Assembly (NCBI GenBank): GCA_012295275.1
Contig: CM022670.1
Coordinates: 11,594,001 to 11,658,000 of the forward strand
From: Chrysomallon squamiferum
Taxonomy: Eukaryota; Animalia; Mollusca
DNA: 64,000 nt
Reading direction: 5' to 3'
How positions within the stretch are numbered: position 1 is the stretch's first letter; each line of letters begins with the position of its first letter. A program made the position numbers and the translations under genes. The notes beneath the pieces were generated by a model. It made no database searches. It worked only from the letters and a program-made list of their open reading frames with translations, and was not told where the DNA came from. Positions 1-27,788 of the stretch are shown one piece after another.

Positions 1-2459
1 ATCTCCCACATGTTAACTAAAACATATAAAAGTTTCCTGGGTGTAATATTTTTTGTTTAGCCACAATATAGATTTAAAAAAATGCACATACATGAAAATA
101 ACACCTTTTCAGCCATTAACATCTGATTAACTAAAACCTGAATGATCAATTCTGGATGCTAGGAATCACCATCTCTCTTAATCATCGAGTAAGACATTGT
201 AGGCCTACATGTATGCATAAAGTTCACATATAAAAGTTTCCTGGGTATAATATTTTTTGTTTAGCCATAATAGAGATTTAAAAAAATGCATACCTGCATG
301 GATGATTGATATAATGCATTACAATGTACATTTTCTCTGAGACTAAAAATTCATCTTTGGAGTTAAAACCCACCTGACATGTCTGAAGGAATGCCTGAAG
401 GATAGGAAAAGATGCCAAATGGCATGACATGTTCTACACAATCAGGCTCAAAGGGTTAACAGGAAGTGATGCTTCAGGCAGGTCAGGAACTCCTTTAGAT
501 TCCCTGGTGCAATCCCCATTGAGCACATGGCAATTTGAAGTTTAAGACAAAGAAGTTTCTTCATCTGCATTTCTTTGACAATCTGAAGCTTTTTAAGTTG
601 GACACAATGTCAGATGTTGATACATAAACAATATTTTTATTTCATAAAACCTATTAAGTAATTGTATCATGTCATGTGGGCCTTGCCATTGGTTTTGAAC
701 AAGGCTTCAGTCAACAACAGTACAACCCAGTCTGAAATCAGACATCATCAAGTGATGTACTGCATAATGTATTTGTACACCCAGTCTTCGGCACAGAGTA
801 TGAACAAGGTCTACTTCACCTTAATAAACTGTGATTTATACTTGAGAAGATTGACATAAATGCCCAAGACTTGTGGGCCTTTGGCAATAACACATGTACT
901 CTGCTCCCATTTTATGACCTGCTTAACTTTACTGAAAGGGTTTCAGGATTTGATTTAATATTTAGGAAAGCACTGACTTTGTTCTATTGAATTGAAGGTG
1001 CAGGCCAATACTGAAAATCCTTATTTCTTCCAGAGCTAACTGCAGCTTTAACTCTCCTGAAAATGTGTGTTATCAACACCATCATATCAAAAAGGAGTTG
1101 TTGCGAAGTGTATGGAAAACTGAGGAAATCGAACTCCTCACTCTTTGAAGTGGGATCAAAACACGGGACATCAAGAGTATCATGAACAAGAACTTTTCAT
1201 CAAATTTTCAACATCGCAGAAAGACTGTTGTGATCCCCTTAATCGCCACCCTGAGCAAGCACGCACTAGATCTTTAAGAATTGTTAGCATGGGCACTTAC
1301 AAATGCTTAGTAAATCCTCCAAAGACACTAGTGCCAGGAGACAAGTTGTGCTGCGACTGTCTGATTACCCTTCAGAAATCAAAGGTCCTGCAGAGGATGG
1401 CTTTAGTATGGGTGGTATTATAATGGGAGAATTTGGTGATAACTTGCCAGACAAACCACTGGTTGTTGTTTCCCTAGAAAAGGACTTTGATTTGAATTCT
1501 ATTCTGTTGAGTTTAGGCGAAACTCCTGTCAAACTCCATTCACTAGCGCATTCCAGTAAATGAATGAAAGGACAGAAAAAAACTAGCATCAGCTACAGTA
1601 ACATTAAAATGACATCTTAATGTCTGAATCCTACACAGAGCGTGTGCAAATCTTGATTTTGTCACCCTTTACCATTGAAAGGACAATGAATTGAAGGAGG
1701 AAATAATCCAATTTTATGAAAGTGATGAGAACAGTAGAATGTGTCTGGGAATGAAGGATACAGTGAGCATTTGAAACAAACATAGTGAGAAGGTTAAGCA
1801 TCAGAAACACCTAGTTCTCTCAAATTTATGTGAACTTTATGCATACATGTAGGCCTACAGTGTCTTACTCGATGATCAAGAAAGATGGTGATCCCTAGCA
1901 TCCAGAGTTGATCATTCAGGTTTTAGTTAATCAGATGTTAATGGCTGAAAATGTGTTATTTTCATGTATGTGCATTTTTTAAATCTATATTATGGCTAAA
2001 CAAAAAATATTACACCCAGGAAACTTTTATATGTTTTAGTTAACATGTGGGAGATTAAATTTCAATAAAGGTCATCTCAAGATCACGTGATCCACACGGT
2101 CAATTTCAAGGTCATAGCAAAGGTCAAAAGGTCAAGGTACTCCAATATTTTCCAAACTAAACAAAAATGGCAGATTTGGTATCCTTGTCATTTTGCCTTT
2201 CTAACAATACCAATTTTATGAAGATTGGCCCAGTAGTTCCTGAGATATGAGGATTCTAAGGTTGGTGGTCACGCCCATTTTTGGCAAAAATCTCAAAATT
2301 CCGTGGGCCATATCTCCCACACCACTGGTCTGATTGGGCTAATATTTCAGATTTGGTGCTGTGGGATCCCAGTCAACAAATATACCAAGTTTTATAAAAA
2401 TCTGAGACGGTCGGGTTTTAATTTCTTTTTTTTTTGGGTGATTTGACACGGAATGACCC
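1..2459 (+). mobile_element. Non-autonomous, internally deleted Sola2-like DNA transposon with long terminal inverted repeats (left end runs off the window)
   Basis: 1-230 is the reverse complement of 1827-2055. The right end reads ...TTTGACACGGAATGACCC (2459), i.e. a 5'-GGG terminus fitting the Sola2 GRG...CYC ends, followed by TTAT (possible 4-bp TSD). Internal transposase fragments are present. Confidence 0.8.
1145..1846 (+). pseudogene. Sola2-type transposase N-terminal relic (frameshifts, stops, catalytic region deleted)
   Basis: Fragments in shifting frames: KDCCDPLNRH...PGDKLCCDC (1145-1423), LNSILLSLGETPVKLHSLA (to 1563), SYTERVQILILSPFTIERTM (~1625-1690) and LKEEIIQFYESDENSRMCLGMKDTVSI*NKHSEKVKHQKHLVLSNLCELYAY (1691-1846). 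The last resembles the FYxxDExSRxxPGxKD...QKRLxLxNLxELY block of Sola2 transposases, recognised from memory of the family. Confidence 0.75.
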
Positions 2460-2507
2460 TTATACAAAAAAACACACACACATAATAAAATAGCAAGTAT
2501 AACTTAC

Positions 2508-3080
2508 CTCATATAAACCAACATTATTTGCTGCAACTGAAAAATATACAATTTTTTTCTCAGTCAGTTAAAGTGCATTGTAAAAGGTTTAAAATATAAT
2601 GTTACTTAGCAAAGTTTATTCTTAACACAATTCACATTTCAGACCCAATTGCAACAACTGTAATATATTAATTGTAAAGATGTCATTAATCAAAATTATT
2701 GATAGACAAGCTCTATACTGTCTTATATTACTAATATAGAGTAGTATACACACTATACTGTTTTATGTATAGCCTAGTTCATTTGTTCATTTATTTATGT
2801 AATTATTTATTATTATTTTTCTGTCAGTTATTCTGGTCATAGCTGTTACTATCAGGTTCATATTATTATTAATACTTAGTATCTATATGAATGTACTTGT
2901 ATCATTACTATCATAGTTTATAATTACTATTATTACTAATACTGTCACTATTAATAATAAGTATAATAAAATAACAATAGTTTTAATACTATTACTAGTA
3001 TTACTATTAGTATTACAAATTGAAATTCGAGTTCGACTTGACTCACCACTTGAACTTGAAGTCTGTACTTGTGAAAACAT
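2508..3080 (-). CDS. First two coding exons of an unidentified gene continuing left beyond the window (MFSQVQTSSSSVAANNVGLYE...)
   Basis: Exon 1 3080-3047 (ATG, 34 nt, donor G|GTGAGT). Exon 2 2536-2508 (29 nt, acceptor TTTTCAG, donor GAG|GTAAGT). The phases join in frame (G+TT = Val). The ATG lies 488 bp from the divergent CIB1 ATG. Confidence 0.6.
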
Positions 3081-3568
3081 GATTATTATTATTATTATTT
3101 TCACTTTTAGTTCTTCCGAAAAGAAATTCTTAAAATTAAATATTTACTATTAATAATACAGTATTTATAAACGTTTATTTATTTTTATCCGCGCAGGATA
3201 GAGGTTTACATAGTTTGTTCCGCTACACTAGTTATAGTGAAAAGATCTTTAGCGGAATAAAAACCAGTTTATTTTGTGCACTAATGTAAAATTGTAATTT
3301 AATTTAATTGGAACAATTATTTAAAGTAGAAATACACAAAGTATGTTCTTGTCACTTAAGTGAATATATATTAAGAACGCAAAATACAGAATTTATTTAA
3401 GAAGTTGTTAATAAATAGTATTCTAAAGTTTTAATGCTTCTTTTGAACAAATGCATATTCTAAATGGTCGTTCGTAAATCCTATTTTCCGAGTCTAAATT
3501 ATGTTTTTATATAAGTTTATGTGTCATCGAGACTGATAATTTTAAGATAGACCAGGAAGAAGACGAAA
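3081..3568. promoter_or_regulatory. Probable bidirectional promoter between the unidentified minus-strand gene and CIB1
   Basis: Short interval between two divergent ATGs. It retains CpGs (CCGCGC, TTCCGC, GGTCGTTCG, TCGAG) relative to the CpG-poor CIB1 gene body. Confidence 0.5.
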
Positions 3569-4837
3569 ATGGGAGCAACAAGTAGTTCTTTTACAGAACA
3601 AGAACTTGAAGATTACCAGGTAAAATTTTAAAAAGAATAAGAACAAAACCTTTTTTGAAAGATATTGGTTACATTATAAAATGTATGTAATATATTAAAT
3701 TAGGTAATATTTCGTACTTGGCTACTCCCTTTTTTCGTGATTGTTTATTCCTATCAAATCTAAAAATAATAATAAGGCGGATATCAGTATCAATTACACT
3801 TTACAGTGGACTTGAAAATTATGTCATTATTGTTGTTATTACAGCTGTTAACATGAGTGAAGCGATATAATGGTGCAGTTTAATTTTATATTCATTATGA
3901 GATTTCTGTAAGTTAAATGTAAAAAGTACTAAAACGTAAACATAATTTATTAATTACGTATTACTTATTAAGTTGTATGTATTTCTACTTTAATTAAAAC
4001 TTCATGTATAATATTTTATTCAGTAAGTCTTATTTTTGTTTTCAAATCAGATATATATTTGTAAAATACAAGTCATACTTGTTTTTTTTAATATTTTACA
4101 TTTTACCATGGCAACGTCAACACATATCCATATCTATATATATTGATTTAGAGGTTTCCTTTTGGACAGTTGGTATTTAGGGTAATTTATAGTGTTTAAA
4201 TTCTGAGAGAAATCTAGCATTAAAGATTATATGTATTAATTGTTTTTTGTTTTTTTTATTATTTCAGACACTAACATATTTAACCAAAAAAGAAATTTTG
4301 CAGTAAGTAACAATATTTGTTATTCATTAATAATACTGGAATTTACATTTATGCAAAACAATATTTCATCTTTCTCTTTGTCAGAGTTTATATATTAAAC
4401 TTTTGCAATTTATGATTGTTAATTTTAACATTAAATTTACATTTTTATAGTATTATTCAATTGTTAAAATATTAATTTATTGCAATATTATCCTGATTTT
4501 TTTCAGTGTTTTCAAACGCTTCTATGCCTTGGATCCAGACAAAGTAGCAGAGAATAAAAATGCAAAACTACCAAAAGAAGTAATATTGAAATTACCAGAA
4601 CTTGAGGTAATTAATATTTTTACTGCCCTTGGTTCATTCTGAAATCTAGAGAGTCTTAAAGAATCTAAATTTTTGTTTTATACTCTAGTTTTATTTCTTA
4701 AAAATAGTTTATGATAAATGTATATGCTTGCTTGGAAATGCAGATAAGTACAAATTATATTCCATTTGTGTTTTTGTTTTCATTCTTCTTCTAGCCTTTC
4801 CTCCTCCTCCTTTTCCTAATAATAATGTTTATTAAGA

Positions 4838-4879
<42 letters not shown>

Positions 4880-6429
4880 ATGTATATATAAAGATATTCT
4901 GGCATAGTAAAGTCATGATCTCAAGGCAACTCGGCTCCTTCATTAGTATTATAGATATGTTGTGAATGGAGTATATGGGTTTAAGCAAATTCATAGTAAA
5001 CTAACATGGTTTGTATCATTCTTAGGTCAACCCATTCAGAGAAAGGATCTGTGATGTTTTTTCATCTGCTGGAGATGGTGGCCTGACTTTTGAAGACTTT
5101 CTTGACATGATGTCAGTGTTCAGCGATAATGCACCAAAAAATGTCAAAGTGGAATATGCATTTAGAATCTACGGTGAGAATACAAATTCTAATTTGGTGT
5201 TGTAGTGCTAAAATTTTCAGATAGCTGAATAAGATCTGCATACTTAGAAATTTTGTTTCAAATCAAATCAAACTGTTCCTTTTTTCTGCAGATAGGGTTT
5301 TAACAAATTTGGAAACTGTTTTATACATGTATATATATATCTGTTCTTTATATTCATCTCAAATACAGTGGGTATACCAAATATTAATGATCATAATGTA
5401 ATGAGGTGTTTGTTATTTGAAAATTAATAACACTAATTTTCACACTGATTTAGATTTTGATGGTGATGACATGTTGTCAAGCAATGACTTGAAGAAGGTG
5501 GTTGAGAAATTAACTGGAAGCCAACAAACACTGTCAGATGAAGACATGCAGCAGCTTATTGACAATGTAAGTTTCTTTATATACAGTTATGATTAGTAAG
5601 CAGTTGCCACCCATTCCTCCTATAATGTCCTGGCAGACCATATTCAAATATATTCGTGTCTCATATTTCTTTCCACTTCACAGATTCTTGATGAAGCAGA
5701 TTTGGATGATGATGAAGCATTGTCTTTTGCCGAATTTGAGCATGTAATCTCCAAAGCACCTGATTTTGTCAAGTGAGTAAATGCTGTTGACATTATTCAG
5801 ATAAATTAGTTCAAAAGCTAGACCGGATTTGAGTAACAAGTTGATGAATGTATCCGGTATAAAAGTTTTTGTTAGTATGATGTCTGAAGTGTCCAGAACC
5901 ACTTAATGGCTAGGTGCACCTTTGTTGCAGCCATCTTTGAAAACTTACATTTCATTTTTGGCAGAAATATCAGATGTCAGTGAAATTCCTATAAAGGATA
6001 CTTTGATCTGGTTAAAGTAATTTAATACATATTTTACGCAGGTTCCCAAGTCATACCAGAAAACACAGACAATTTTGTTGTTTTCTATCTTCCACCTTGT
6101 TAGAATTTACTCTGTTCATCACATAATCAAACTCAGAAATGATGAATGTTGCTCATGGACTCCAAAAAGACTCTAATAATATTATTATCATAATATAGAT
6201 AAAAATAATGGCATAAAACTGATCACACAAAAATGTATCCACTGTTTCTGTTTCAATAGTTTTTAATACTTGACTGAAACTTACAGTGGATGCGATCCAA
6301 ATTTATTTTCTTTATGATCTTATTCAAGTTTTAATCTTTTTAATTTTTTATATCAAATAAAGAATTCTATTCATTTGCATTTAATTTAATTTTTTTTTTT
6401 TTTTTAGCTCATTCCGAATCCGTCTTTGA
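3569..6429 (+). CDS. CIB1: Calcium- and integrin-binding protein 1-like (EF-hand), 185 aa, 7 exons
   Basis: Exons 3569-3619, 4268-4302, 4507-4606, 5026-5173, 5454-5566, 5684-5772 and 6408-6429, all GT-AG and phase-consistent (558 nt). Protein [34 protein letters not shown]...[18 protein letters not shown]...[12 protein letters not shown]...[14 protein letters not shown]...[36 protein letters not shown] has CIB signatures, an N-myristoylation-type MG start and two EF-hand loops. Confidence 0.95.
4102..4115. promoter_or_regulatory. RFX X-box-like motif TTTACCATGGCAAC in CIB1 intron 1
   Basis: 13/14 match to GTTRCCATGGYAAC; function is not shown by the sequence. Confidence 0.35.
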
Positions 6430-7838
6430 GGAACTCGTATGAAGTCACATTCAGACAAATCCATTTTTCCTCATTATATATAATTATGTGTGTGTTTGTA
6501 TCTCTGTGTGTGTACATTTACATGTTCTTTGTGATCTGTGATAAAAATTATTTTAACCATATATTTTAACTAACTGATGGTAGATTTTATTTTTAATTAA
6601 CTTGTTACCTAAAGCTGTATTTAGCAACAAACTACAAATTATATTTATCTGATACTGCTGATATGCTGAATGGATGCTGTACTTTTATCATTAATGTTGT
6701 GTAACCAGCATTCCACTCTTATCACTTGTTTAAGGAGGGAATTATTTTCATTTACATCATGAAAAACATTTTATTGCTGCCTTCGCTCAGAGTATTTAAT
6801 AATTTCAGATCAACATGTTTTAAATGTATCTTGGGGAAAAAAGGGTTTTTGCATATTCATAATATTGGTACACTTGGAATTTCTGAGTTGTTAATGGGTT
6901 GCCAATGTTTAAATTTAGAAATGAATATTAAGTTTTATATATTGCTTCTAAGATAATCCTTGCTTTTTTTGTTTCACTGCAGTCACCTAGGTCTCAGTTA
7001 GGCTCTGTCACATCCATATAGATACAGCCTTCTCTGTCTGTGTATTGGTTAACCACTGAAAGTATCTTTAAAATCAATTCACTGCTGACAGGATAAGCTG
7101 TGATAGTTCAATTACACTATAAAACTGCTTGAAAAGAAAGAAACTTAGAAATTCCTGTTACAACACAGAATGTAATTTAAATAGAACAAATCCTTTTTAC
7201 ATTATTACCTGATAAAACATAATTGGGTATTTTTTCTTCGTGTGCAATAGGTAGGATATTTAACCATAACAAATATGTTCTGTGTCAAGTAATCAAAACT
7301 ATGCCATTATTAAAATTGATGTTATTTGCCCAGTAAAACATTTGTTTCCTCTCTTTAAATTAATAACAACTCTGTTGTCAGTATCATTTGATCTAGATGT
7401 TATTTTAAATTGACCCAACTTAATATTTGATACAAGTAATGGAAAATATTCTTTAATAACACAGTTTATGACCATGACCAATACTTTATGCATTTTTATA
7501 GATTAAATAGTCTCAGAATATTTCATAATTTGAGGGAGGACTTCATTTTTTTACCATTGAAAAGTTTTAATTTGGGGATGTGAGTATGTTTGATTTTTGG
7601 AATACTATTTTTAAAATAAGGAGTTAATGTTCAGCTAATGACAAAAGATAAAGGCAATCATTTCTGTTATTTTTTTTTTTTAAATATTACTTTTTAGCTG
7701 TTATTTCTTCCTGTGAAGACAAAAACTGTGATTTTTCTCATAGTGGCTATTTTTATTATATTTCTACATATTTGGTTGTTAATGTACATTGTGATAGATT
7801 GCTGGGAAATCTCTGGATCAAAAATATTTTATAATGTA

Positions 7839-7844
7839 AATAAA
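7839..7844 (+). terminator. Candidate polyadenylation signal for CIB1
   Basis: AATAAA followed ~15 nt later by a GT-rich tract (TGTGTTGTTTTG), ~1.4 kb after the stop codon. Confidence 0.4.
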
Positions 7845-8628
7845 TAATTATTCTTAACTGTGTTGTTTTGATATATTTTATTATTTTTTATGTATTCAAT
7901 CTTTGTAAATGACAGTCATACAGAGATAACAATTTGAGTCATGAAGAGTTCACTGCCCATTTAAGTTTTTCCCCCCATTTTAAATACTGTGTCAGCAGAA
8001 ATACTGTAACAGCATTTTAAACCATTGTTTGGAATATTCAAAGGTGACTGAGATTTGGCTAAAGAAAGAAATCATTTAATGGATGCAGTGACTGGCAGTT
8101 CATTCTCAACCATCATAATTATTTCTTTCATAAAATTACAGACTCCTTTTTTTTTTTTTGCTACTCTAAACACCTTAATTTGTTAAAATAAGAGTAATTG
8201 TGTTCTGTCATTATGTGAATATGTTGTTCGTATTTTTGTATATAAAACATAGTGCTGCTGTAATATACTTTAAAAAAAAAAAAAATTATGTCTCACCTGC
8301 TGTTGAATATTTTAAATATTTATAATTTATATAAAAAAGAATATTTCAGATTTTAATTGAAAAAATATTTTTAAAATTAAAGAATTATACATATGTCAGT
8401 GTTGTGATACCAAAATGATGATGTCTAAGTAAGGAATAACTATCTCATGTTTGTGATATTAATACAGACATCCTCTCCAGAAAGGAAACAATTATAAATA
8501 TGGGAATGCAAGAAAAATATTTATTTGTGATCTTAATGTTGTACATGAGCTCCACTGATTCAAAGATTGCTGGACTCGCTTCAGAACTTAGAGAACGGAC
8601 AGTTGCTTATTTCAAGAGAATGAATTAA

Positions 8629-8780
8629 CCCTTTGAATACAAACAGCTGAAAATTTAATTTAAAAAGAAATTAATAACTCCATGCTCATTAGGTAATTCA
8701 GTCAGTCTCATCTTACAAAATCCCAAAATAGGTAGTGCAAATCTCAGACACTTTGCTTAGGAAGCTCATTATTCAAAGGG
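8629..8780. mobile_element. 152-bp piggyBac-type MITE
   Basis: TTAA|CCCTTTGAATA ... TATTCAAAGGG|TTAA: an 11-bp perfect TIR starting CCC, flanked by a TTAA target duplication (8625-8628 and 8781-8784). Confidence 0.75.
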
Positions 8781-10649
8781 TTAACTGTAACTATAACGAT
8801 TTATTTTAGCCAACCATTAATATATTTTTATCATATTTCTAACTCACCAAGTGTATATAAATTTATTCTTTTACTGGTAATATATCATTTAAACAATTGT
8901 TGCTGTATTTCACATAAAACATATTTTAAACAAAATTTAATTTCTTATCAATAGCTTAGGAAGGCTTCATTTCTGCCTCTTCTCAATGTTTCAGTTCTAA
9001 CACTATCTAAGAAATGGTTTTAAATATGCAATTTTTATTTTATTAAAATAATGAAAGGTCTGCCATTGTTTGTTGTTATTAACTGATGATGCAGTTGTAT
9101 TCCACCATTTTTTTTTTTTTTTTTATTGTTGTTATATTATTTAATTGTCAAATTAATGCCTGTACTGATTAGTGTAAGACAAAATGTTATTGGCAACATG
9201 TAAATTTAGTGAGAAATAATTCTGAGCTTAAACAACAGCTAGCCCACAAGGGCAGCCGATACAGGGATGTTACAACTTTGATATTTCAGTGTATACAAAC
9301 AGTTCCATGTGCAAATTAAAAAAAAATCATTGTATGTACCTAAATGTTGGATTTTTTTTAGATTGCAAAAAGAAATTTAATGTACAATTCATTAATTTAT
9401 ACATTACAGTATGAATCCAATTCAGATAACAGGTTTTAAAGCTCTGCTTTAATATTTTTATTATTATTATAATTTTTAGTGAATTATGTTGGTTTTCTGT
9501 TGTTACATAAGGACTCAGAATGTGGCATAACATAACCTTGTCACAGTGCCATCAAGATTCTTTTGACAGTAATGTTTCATTTTGGCAAAGAAATTGAAGA
9601 GATTTCATTTCAGATCTGTTTTTATTATAAGCAGTTGGGTCATTTTAATATTCTCATCAAAACTGACATTTTTGATTTTAATAAACTATCACATGTTAAC
9701 CACCAGTACAAAATTTGGCTTTAGATGTCATTTTTGTTTGGCTGGAACAGCAGCTAGTTGTATTAAAGATTCATGGATATCTTAAAACATGCAAATGTTT
9801 TCTTGGTGTGGCTTATTTGTACATGTTAGCTGTGGTTTTATTTATCAAAGGAAAGGAAAGCAGTTTATAGAAGTAATTTGTCTAAAAGATATTTTAAGTA
9901 ATTATTATTAGATGCAGCTCTACCAGTTTTAAAACATAATACATATAGAATAATACTTTATGTTACTGTCAATAGTAAGAGTAAAAATATTTTAACATGT
10001 ACCTTCCACATTTAATTCTTGTAGCAAACTTTTAATTTTATTTTTAAAATCAAAATAAGTGAAAAAGTCACTCAGAATATGTAACAGTATGTTTATTTCA
10101 CTGATTTATCATTATATATTTTTGCAATATATCATGTCCTTCAGTGAATCATGATTTTAATTGTGCATGATACATTCAATTTCATTAAATAAAATAATTT
10201 AAAAAACAATATAAGCATATCACACAGTAAAAGTAATAAAATTTTCAATAACTTTGTTCAGTAAATAAATTATATTTCATGTTCAGTAATAAATAATCAC
10301 ACTCTTCAACAACCGATTAAAGATGTAACAGGAAAAGTTGAAGTAAAACTACTTTAAAGTATGAAAGACTAAACAGTATAAAATACATGGTAATTAAATC
10401 TTGTGGCATGATTTTTCAACAAAATTTTTTAAAAACATTTTTTTTTCCAGTTTATATAAATACAAATGTCTTTGAAGCGTTTGACAGAAAATTCATTTGT
10501 TGACTTGATTTTGTATTGCACACCCTTAAAATATTTGTTTTCGTTTTCATACCGTTTAAAAAAAATAAAAAATCACATAAAATAATTTACATCACTGAGC
10601 CGTTTACTGTAAGAATACACAAGATTTTTAAAGGTGTGTTTGTGTTCGT

Positions 10650-15444
<4,795 letters not shown>

Positions 15445-16148
15445 CTTGAAACTCTGCAAAAACGAAACCCCCACTGAAACGAGGTGTTTATTTACATTTT
15501 CACAACGCGTTGTAATGTCCTGCCGCGACAAATATAGTGCACAGTAAATCAACGATTCGGTTAATGGGAATGAAAAAACAAATATCAAAAGAAGATATGT
15601 TTAGCTAACGTCGCATTGGTTTCATACTTTTAGATATTATCTGAAGAGAGATTTCTCTCTCTGTATGTTTTAATGGGTGGCGCATGAATGTATATAAAGG
15701 TGATCATGACAACTGAAATAGTGCTCGTTGTTTATATTTCTATACTACGTAACGGAGAACGGAAATTGAACGGAAGCCGATTAGCAGCAGCAAGGGTGAA
15801 CTCCCTCCCCCAAGTATTTGACTGACCCCACTAATTTATTAAAATATATTACTGTTTATACTGTGAATGTCAGTAGATGTAGTTAGATGCATAGTATTAA
15901 ATGAGATAAGGTGAATTGTAAAAAAATAGATAAAAACGTGTGTGTGTGTGTGTGTGTGTGTCGAAGTACACGAGTTTAAACCGGAATAATGTCCACAGCT
16001 ATTAATGAAAATCTTTTGCAAATTTAGATATGTGGAGTTTTCGATTAATGACGAATAATAATCCGACTCTCTAAAAACAAGCGAACAAACAAATAAATAA
16101 ATAAATTTAGTTTATTATATTATTATATCTCTTTCGGATGTGACAGAA

Positions 16149-16213
<65 letters not shown>
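16149..16213. repeat. (AAT)n microsatellite
   Basis: Directly visible. Confidence 0.95.
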
Positions 16214-16214
<1 letters not shown>

Positions 16215-16295
16215 TTAAAACAGCCTGAGCATGCCAACTGATTAAAAATTGAATTGGTGTTAATATATCTGCTATACATAATTAGTGACAGGTAT

Positions 16296-16611
16296 AATTC
16301 TTGTTTTTACCCGTTCGGGATTAGCACAGCGCAACAAAATCAGAACATGACTAATTAAATAATAATGATAATAATAGGGTTTTTTTCTTCTTCTTCGTAA
16401 AAAAAAAAAAAAAAAAATAAAATAAAATGAATAAAAAAAAATGAAAAAAAATAAAATTTGGCGGCCATTTAAAAAAAAAAAAAAAAAAAAAAAAAACAAA
16501 AAACAAAAACCAACTAATAATAATAATAAAAACAAAAACAAAACAGTTAAGAAGTAACAGCCAGTTATATCAGTAAATCACTGAAGTTCACGTTTTAGTT
16601 AATGTTTTACA
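16296..16611 (+). repeat. Dispersed repeat, copy 1 (second copy at 20383-20630)
   Basis: Shared blocks AATTCTTGTTTTTACC-GTTCGGG-TTAGCACAGCGCAACAAAATC...GACTAATTAAATAATAATGATAATAATA and AACAGTT...TATATCAGTAAATCAC...GTTCAC...TGTTTTACA around a variable A-rich middle. Confidence 0.85.
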
Positions 16612-17560
16612 TTTTTTTTTTTTACTCGTAACGACAAGAAACTTCATTTATAAATAAAAATATTTTTTTGTCCGTTGGCAGCCATGTTGGACATGACATA
16701 TTTTCTAACAAATTTTTCAGTCTACTTTGCATTGATAATGAAGGCAATGATCCTTTACTCTTGATACAGAGACTGAAATAAAATTTTATCTTTTTTTTTT
16801 TTTTTTTCTTCTTCTTCTTCTTCTTTTTATTTATTTATTTATTTTGTTTTTGTTACTAATGATGTGTTTTTTGCTTTTCCGTTCATTATTATTATTATTT
16901 TTAGTCATTCCTCCACGCACTACTCTGAGTGAAAATCCAACAGACAAATATATATATTTTTTATAGAATTATTTCAAGGTCAGGCTATTTTGTTTTCATA
17001 AACTGACCTACCTCTTTATCCATTCATTTAACTTACAGGTAAAGCCTTGGTTAATATTTCCCTTTCTCAAACATACACGATATCGACTAATCATCTGCAT
17101 ACGTCATTCATTTCATGAAGTAAGGTTATTATAAAAATGAGAGCAAACACAAAACCTTCATCTTCTGAAACATATTTGTTTACAACAGATAGAAAAATAA
17201 GAAAAATACAGATGACCTTACATGAACCTCTAATGATTGTGTTTTTCGTATGATTCAGTCATGCATGTCTTATACTGTAAACCTGGGCATCGCTTTGAGT
17301 ACAACAGAACAAATAATAGTAAATAGAAATATTTTTTTTCTTATCAGTGTTTGTTGTTGTTCCCGGATTTGTCAGATCATGAATCATAAATGTTTCAGTT
17401 AATCTTTTCTACTGGAAATACAGAATCATTTGGGTTGAATAACAATTTTGCGATTTTGACGTGTTAATTTAGAATTTAATATTTTTATTTTTATTATTAT
17501 TCTTTTAATATTTCTAATTTGAACTTCGGGTTTTCGTCTGTTTCAAAACTACTGAATGCA

Positions 17561-27258
<9,698 letters not shown>

Positions 27259-27365
27259 ACAAACTGATTTAAACAGACATTTTATAGCACATCTCTGTTT
27301 ATCAAGTACAGCTTTGTTGTATGTAGACTTGTACATTTCTAAATACTTTTTTTATGATTGAGCCA

Positions 27366-27371
27366 AATAAA
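27366..27371 (+). terminator. Candidate polyadenylation signal for the DEG/ENaC gene
   Basis: AATAAA ~110 nt after the TAA stop. Confidence 0.45.
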
Positions 27372-27396
27372 AGTGTTTGTTAATGTAAGAAATAAT

Positions 27397-27445
<49 letters not shown>

Positions 27446-27744
27446 TTATAATAATAATACAAAATAAAAAAATAAAAATAAAATATAGTGATTTTATTTT
27501 ATTTTATTTTTAAATAAAAACTGAAATCTAGCTATTGTAATTAGATTTCATGTGACTTTATCTTCTGGGTAGGACTATTGTATATGTATAAATTTGTAAA
27601 TATATCTTAAAGCCAATATTAATTGAAGTGTTTAGGGTCGTCTAATTATTCATATTAGTAGTAACTAACTTTATTTAAATGGTAGAAAGCACCATAGTTT
27701 TTTTATTGTTATAATTTATCATTTTAAACTGGTTGATACAGCCA

Positions 27745-27788
<44 letters not shown>

